A stretch of 57,142 nucleotides of DNA from Batkoa obscura (taxonomy: Eukaryota): NCBI GenBank assembly GCA_030770535.1, contig JASVEC010000103.1, positions 1-57,142 of the forward strand, given 5' to 3'. This document shows positions 51,350 to 57,142 of this stretch, in pieces (positions within the stretch are counted from its first letter, which is position 1; every line of letters begins with the position of its first letter). The notes beneath the pieces are model-generated. The model had not been told where the DNA came from. It saw only the letters and a list, made by a program, of their open reading frames with translations, and did not search any database. Made by a program: the position numbers and the translations under genes.

Positions 51350-52357
51350 ATATCTTATAACCTAGATTTAGCTTTATAGAGATACGATCGTGTAAATTAT
51401 TCATTAAATTTAAGTAATAAATAAACCACATTACTTTTAAACAAAGATAATTGCTTTGAGTATATCTATCAGGGTTATATTATAAATAATTTTAAAGCTA
51501 TAATAACCCTTAAAGTTAAGAAGTAATAGTAGAATCTTTAAATAGTATATTAAATCTTTAATCACATTGACTTATACTAAAAAAACTTACTATTGTATGG
51601 AGAAATGCTATAACAATTAGCTATTTGAATAAAATGAATTTTTTTATATTAGAGTATAAGCTCTATAAGCTAAAAGATAAATGTAAACTAACAAATAATA
51701 AAATTCTATAAATTTTCTATACCCAAAATTTTCATAATAACAAATTAATTTCTTAAATATCATGTTATCGAAAGTACATTTTGTAAAAAGCGAGTCCAAG
51801 TTTAAATTAATTTAAAAAAACTATATAAAACCGAGCCCTCTAATTTGTATCCCTTCTTTTTCAACCAATAACTTTTCTAACAATTATTATTTAGATCTTA
51901 TACAAATATAACAACTATAATTTATTTTAAAGCTAAAAGTAGATGTTTAAAAGATGCAATACCAGTTTTTTTATAGTTTGAGTAACAAATCCTAAATATA
52001 GGACTTTCCATCTCTACTCTCAGGTGCAATAATTAAAATATCCTTTCTGAATCTTAGATATAATGCTCTTTTTTTCAGATAAAGTTAGTGCTTTATCAAA
52101 CACAAAAGTACGTTTAAAAAATCAAGATGTTCAATCAGGTTCTTTATACCTTTGGTTACTTCCAACAATAAACCATTTGGGAGTCTGACTCCTTTAAAAT
52201 ATTAAAAAAAATGCAGTGTTAAAATAATTATAAAAACTGTTTTAAAATTCAATATTTTTTAATCTGTATAATAATATATATAACAATAATTGTCTTAAAG
52301 AATATTAAGGTACTGCAAATATAGCTCTACATATTTTTTACACATGGAAATAGGAAC

Positions 52358-53514
52358 TTAAAGAAGCTTCCAGTTAAGCTCAGCTCCTGCTCTAAATGGT
52401 ACAACACCTCGCTCAATACCTTCATCATCATTATATGTAAATTGTTGGGGCACTTTCGATGGCTCTTTGACTAAAGTCAAAGCCTCTTCATTACCTACCT
52501 CAATTTTATAGAATGCAGCACCAAATTTTGAGGTAAAGTCCTTTAATCGATCAAGCATATTTAATCTTTCAAATTGAGTTGCTAAATAAGGTAATAAATA
52601 AGGGCTAGTAAAAACACCTGCTGCACAAGGATCTGAGCCTTCCTTACGGTGTCTAGGATGTGGTGCAGAATCTGAGCCTAAGAAAAATCGAGGGTGACCT
52701 TCTCTAATAACTTCTTGTAAAGCTAAACGATCGTGAGGGTATTTGGCTACTGGTTTACAATAATGGTGTGCAGCCCCTGCCCAATCATCAACAATTAATT
52801 CAAGATGATGAGCAGTGATAGTACACCCTACAGTATCACCTAATTTTTTAACAACTTCAACAGCTGCTTTGGTAGTAGCATGTTCAAGAACAATACGTAA
52901 CTTTGGAAACTGGGCATGGAGTTTCTCAAGGTGTTGTAAAAAACGTTCTTCAGCATTTAAAATGCAGGTACCTTTTTCTGGATCACTTGGAATTTCACCA
53001 TGGAGATTTAATACCATATCTACTTCTTCCATAGCTCTAAATACTGGGTAATATGTTTCATAAGACTCAATACCAGAATCGCTATTAGTTGTTACGCCTC
53101 TTGGATATGACTTTACTCCTTTTTTATGTAGATATTATTAGTGAATAGAATTGAAATATTAAATATAAAATAAGCAGTCAAATTATTACCAGCTATACCA
53201 GCTTTAGCAGCCTTTTTGATTTCTTCCGGAGTAAGTTCAGGAGACAAATACAAAGACATCAAATAGTTAATACTAGGGTCAATCTTTACAAGTTTTTGCT
53301 TGTAATCTAAAGCTTCTTGAGTATTTTTGATAGGTGGTTGTAAATTGGGCTATAAAAGATTATAAAAAGTATGTGACAATTTTAAAATAACTACCATAAC
53401 AAAAACAGTGCCTACACCACCGCCTGATAATAACGGAGTAACAAGTTCCATTAGTTTGCCTTGACGAAGGTGTACATGTAAGTCATTTACCTTTGGTAAT
53501 AAAATTCGGTTCAT
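52358..53514 (-). CDS. URA4: Dihydroorotase (homodimeric type), ~346 aa
   Basis: Exons 53514-53395, 53349-53190, 53118-52358; DLHVHLR, VMPNL, GVKSYPRGVTTNS, VLEHATT, CKPVAK, FFLGSDSAPH. Confidence 0.96.
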
Positions 53515-54055
53515 TTTTTTAATTTGCTAAAAAACAGGGCTTCTTTGATGACTTCCTTATATTCAAGCTCTGTCCAATGAAATCAATTTGATTCAATACA
53601 ATTTTAATATTTTTTTTGCAAAATTGTAAAATGCCTATGGATATGGATAGGGTAAAGTTAAAATAAAATAAATATGAAATTTATTTCATGTTTATTTTAG
53701 ATTTAAACATCATTTATTTAATTAACAATAGCACTAAGTGAGCATTAACCAAGCTTTATTTGTTTTAATTATGATTTATCTAATTTACCAATACCAAATA
53801 TTCAGGATAAATATTATAAATTAAATTTTATCCTTTCATCAGCATATTGTTAGTATTAAGTTAGACTACAGAGTTGTTTCTTTTGACACGGAAATGATGT
53901 TTCGAGCAATAAACTGTGTATATTTTGAATAACCGTTATAGCAGCAATTGGTGTATTCTTTGATTATTTGATAATTCAAATAAAGGGAAAAAAGTATAAT
54001 TTGGAATAGAAGCCATTCTAATATAAAGATACATTCGATTTAATGGAAATGAGCA

Positions 54056-55891
54056 TTAAAAAACTATTCCATAATAACCTAATTTGTCTTCAAATACCTT
54101 GGGTAACTGAAACCTTGATACTACATTTGATAATTGAGTTAAAGCTTCTGAAGCATCCATACGATTTTTTCCAGAAGATTCAGCAATTGATTTTAACATA
54201 ATAAGTAAAAATAAAGAATGTTGTTGACTTTGGATAATGATATTAGCATCAATCTCATAAAACCCAGACTCTGATAGATCGATAATTGTAAAATAAACGT
54301 AAATAATGAATATAGAATGAAAATAAAAAGGTAATTGAAAATGAGACTCTTCTTTTTTTGTTTTAGGGAGCACCAGCTCCATAGTACACGTATTTTTAGA
54401 TGGGGCATAAAACAGCTTAAATGTACTTAAATAATAAAATGTAACTAAATTAGCTGAGCAGAAAAGTAAGTTAATCTCTTCTTTTGAAAAAACAACCGGT
54501 TTGGGATAAACTAATACAAAAGGATAGTATAAAAATATTAAAACCAGTTGCAAAAGCATTTGTGTATGAACATTGATTCCAATATCTGGTTCATTAATTG
54601 TTGTTAAATCTAAAGTTCTAGTTGAGTTATTAATGTTTACTTTGAGTAACTCAGTTTCGAAGTGTAAATTTAATTGATACTTTTTTTCCAAGTTTAGCAT
54701 TGAGGTCAAAATAACATAAAACTGGCTAGGTGGAAGCCTTAATTGTTCTAAAGTGATTGTAGCTAAATCATTGTTACTCATAGTAGAGTGTTTAACAGTT
54801 TGAATATGAGAAGTTATTTTTGAAAACACTTCAATTAATTCTTTGTTATATTCTCCAATGAATAATTTTTCTTGCCATTTATAAAACGGATAATTAGCCA
54901 AGTTTTCCTTATTTTTGGTTGCTACTAAATTTTTCGAGTAAAACTTAATATTGGAAAAATGAGCAGAATGACTCAATTGTGGAAGGTTGGTTGAAATGGT
55001 ACTAAATATCATATAATAGAAGCTTAACACAGCCCATAATTTTTCTTTTACCTCTTTACTAATAGTTCCATTCTTAATGTCTAACCTTTTATTACCTTGA
55101 TCATATCCTAAAACCTGTGCCATTCGGATAGCTGAACTAAAATATACAATAGCAAGCTGGGACGAATAAGTAGTCAAACTTATATGTGAAAGCATAATTA
55201 ATGCGATTACATCTTCATAGGTAGGTGTGTTATAAGCAACAATTAACTCTTTACGGGCGTTTCTTACGCTATTTTTATACAAAAGATGGTAATTAGCGTT
55301 ATCTTTTGGAGCAGTAAAACGAGCTAAAAAGGCTATAAAAGCATAAGATAAAGAGTTATGGTTCTTTTTAGTGATTATTTGAAATAGTTGCTGTTTAGTG
55401 AGCAGTAAATTATACATATCAAAGGTTTGAATATATAATTTTAATCCATTTTTTAAAAAAATACCATAAGATTGAATATCAGGACCTAAAGCTTGTGGTG
55501 GCTTTTTTTCAACTACAATATCATTATTATCATAAAATATAACAACCTTCTTTAAACTATTTATTATTTCACTTTCAAAACAATGAAGTTGTTGTTCAAT
55601 ACAATGGTCGAGTATTGACTTCTCATGCTGGCTGTTTAGTATCCGAATGTATGAACAAATATATTTCAAATACGCATAGAATGGATAAGATTGGCTTGGA
55701 TTAACTAATTGAATTTTCTTAAACAACATCGTATATTTAACAGCTAAAGCTTCTAAAGCTTCTAATCTTGCCCTCTTTCTATCGATATCACTTCTCACTT
55801 TTAAATTTACCAAATAACCCCTTGAATCTAAAGGATGGGATACTCTTAAAACTTGAACATTGCTTCTTTTATTTTGCGTCTGTTTCAACAT
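54056..55891 (-). CDS. Divergent fungal TF middle-homology-like family member F (611 aa, no Zn2Cys6 domain)
   Basis: SAIRMAQVLGYD, LSYAFIAFLARFTAP, ITSHIQTVK, LYYPFVLVYPKP and RFQLP shared with A-E; possible 40-nt 5'UTR intron 55958-55919. Confidence 0.85.
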   Translation of the reverse strand: MLKQTQNKRSNVQVLRVSHPLDSRGYLVNLKVRSDIDRKRARLEALEALAVKYTMLFKKIQLVNPSQSYPFYAYLKYICSYIRILNSQHEKSILDHCIEQQLHCFESEIINSLKKVVIFYDNNDIVVEKKPPQALGPDIQSYGIFLKNGLKLYIQTFDMYNLLLTKQQLFQIITKKNHNSLSYAFIAFLARFTAPKDNANYHLLYKNSVRNARKELIVAYNTPTYEDVIALIMLSHISLTTYSSQLAIVYFSSAIRMAQVLGYDQGNKRLDIKNGTISKEVKEKLWAVLSFYYMIFSTISTNLPQLSHSAHFSNIKFYSKNLVATKNKENLANYPFYKWQEKLFIGEYNKELIEVFSKITSHIQTVKHSTMSNNDLATITLEQLRLPPSQFYVILTSMLNLEKKYQLNLHFETELLKVNINNSTRTLDLTTINEPDIGINVHTQMLLQLVLIFLYYPFVLVYPKPVVFSKEEINLLFCSANLVTFYYLSTFKLFYAPSKNTCTMELVLPKTKKEESHFQLPFYFHSIFIIYVYFTIIDLSESGFYEIDANIIIQSQQHSLFLLIMLKSIAESSGKNRMDASEALTQLSNVVSRFQLPKVFEDKLGYYGIVF

Positions 55892-56353
55892 GATCTTTAA
55901 TAAAACAATGGAGTGTTACTATTACATTATAAATTGTTATATAGTTATATTTACTTACTTTTTCAATGGATAAGTTGCATTTGGTTTATAATTATCTAAA
56001 AATTTATTAAAACAAAAAATCAAATTTAGAGCAGTTTCACTTGTTTAATACGTTGAGTTTTAAATCTGGATCAAAATCATCTCTAAATCAAAATCTAAAG
56101 CTAGTCTAAAAATAATGCCTTAGTATCCTCTAACACTGTATTCAGTTTACTATCAATTATAATTGTTTCTAACTACATTGTGAGAACTTATACAATAGCT
56201 AATAAATACTCAAATATATAAAGCATAAATTTAATGAGAAGAAATATTTATTTATTTTTGACCATAAATATTTAAATAAAACAACAATAATTAAGCAAAG
56301 AAAGTCCTAGGTAGTGACAGTACTCCTACTATGCTTTGCAATATATTAAAAGC

Positions 56354-56885
56354 TTAGAAACCGTGAACTTTGATGCTGGCTTTATCAGCAATCTTTTCAC
56401 TAATCAAAAATTCACTAATTTTTACACGCTGATCACCTTGAAGTTGGATGACTTCTCCTAACTCCTCGTCAGTAGCAATGATTCCATTTGTAGAGAATAC
56501 TTTCTTGAAATGTTTAAGAAGGCGTTTTAAATCAACTTGACTTGGTAACCCTTGAAGAGTGGTTAAAGTTTTACGACCGTTACGTTGTTGTATACGAATA
56601 TCTATAATAAATGATTTAGTATACAATTCATAATTAATATATAATATAGTGGTGTAGTGTCAGTGTAACTATGACTATAATAATAGGAACATTGTAAATC
56701 GAGTTCAATAACTGATCTCAAAATTATTTACTACCAATTAAAATAATACTGTCATCACTCTATAATAGCCATAAATTAAATAAACACTTACGGATATAAT
56801 CAGGTTTGGTAGGAGTAGCAGATTCCTCTTGAAGGCCAGTGTCGGCAAAGGGATCGTAGGTAGCAAGGTTATTAATAGTTGACAT
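56354..56885 (-). CDS. SUI1: Translation initiation factor eIF1, 113 aa
   Basis: Exon 1 56885-56792, 190-nt intron 56791-56602, exon 2 56601-56354; YDPFAD, YIHIRIQQRNGRKTLTT, IQLQGDQR, IKVHGF. Confidence 0.97.
56655..56763 (-). ncRNA. Intronic box C/D snoRNA, predicted guide for 2'-O-methylation in LSU rRNA helix 69 (snR63/SNORD46-like)
   Basis: Box C GTGATGA (56758-56752), box D CTGA (56663-56660). The 12-nt guide AGTCATAGTTAC (56676-56665) is complementary to conserved LSU GUAACUAUGACU. Confidence 0.85.
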
Positions 56886-57142
56886 ACAGATGCGGCTAGC
56901 TTTTTTTCTTGTAGTTAAGAGAAAGAACTACTTGTAAACAGGATAATAAAAATAGAGAGATTATTAAGAAAATAAAATTAGTTGATTGTTATTTTATACT
57001 TGAGGTATTCATAGGTTACTCAATTATGACAAATCAGCTTATTGAAATCTAGAATTTCTAGCAAATTAAAAGGTTTTACCCTTGGGCAATTTAACCCCTC
57101 CCCTTTGAAAATATTTTCGATCATTTTCATGTTGAATTTTAA

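Overview
This is very AT-rich eukaryotic DNA with short (about 40-55 nt) GT-AG introns. It is fungal; an early-diverging lineage such as Entomophthoromycotina/Conidiobolus-like is my inference. Conserved genes are COQ5, GLT1, URA4 and SUI1/eIF1, plus a DHA2-type MFS transporter, a cytochrome P450 and a 7TM GPCR. The dominant feature is a birth-and-death expansion of one protein family that has the fungal transcription-factor middle homology motif (AVRMAQxLGY..RxxW) and an N-terminal coiled coil but no Zn2Cys6 domain. It comprises 4 intact genes, 2 copies with single-base frameshifts, 1 probable N-terminal-only ORF and at least 5 decayed relics that the ORF track does not show as such. Two adjacent paralogs share a 380-bp tract that is identical apart from one base. 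The window also holds about 20 copies of a ~98-bp MITE with GGGG..CCCC termini and a demonstrable 4-bp ATNT target duplication, a near full-length decayed SSL2/XPB helicase duplicate, and a C/D-box snoRNA in the SUI1 intron complementary to LSU rRNA helix 69 (snR63/SNORD46-like). All alignments were done by eye; no database searches were run.
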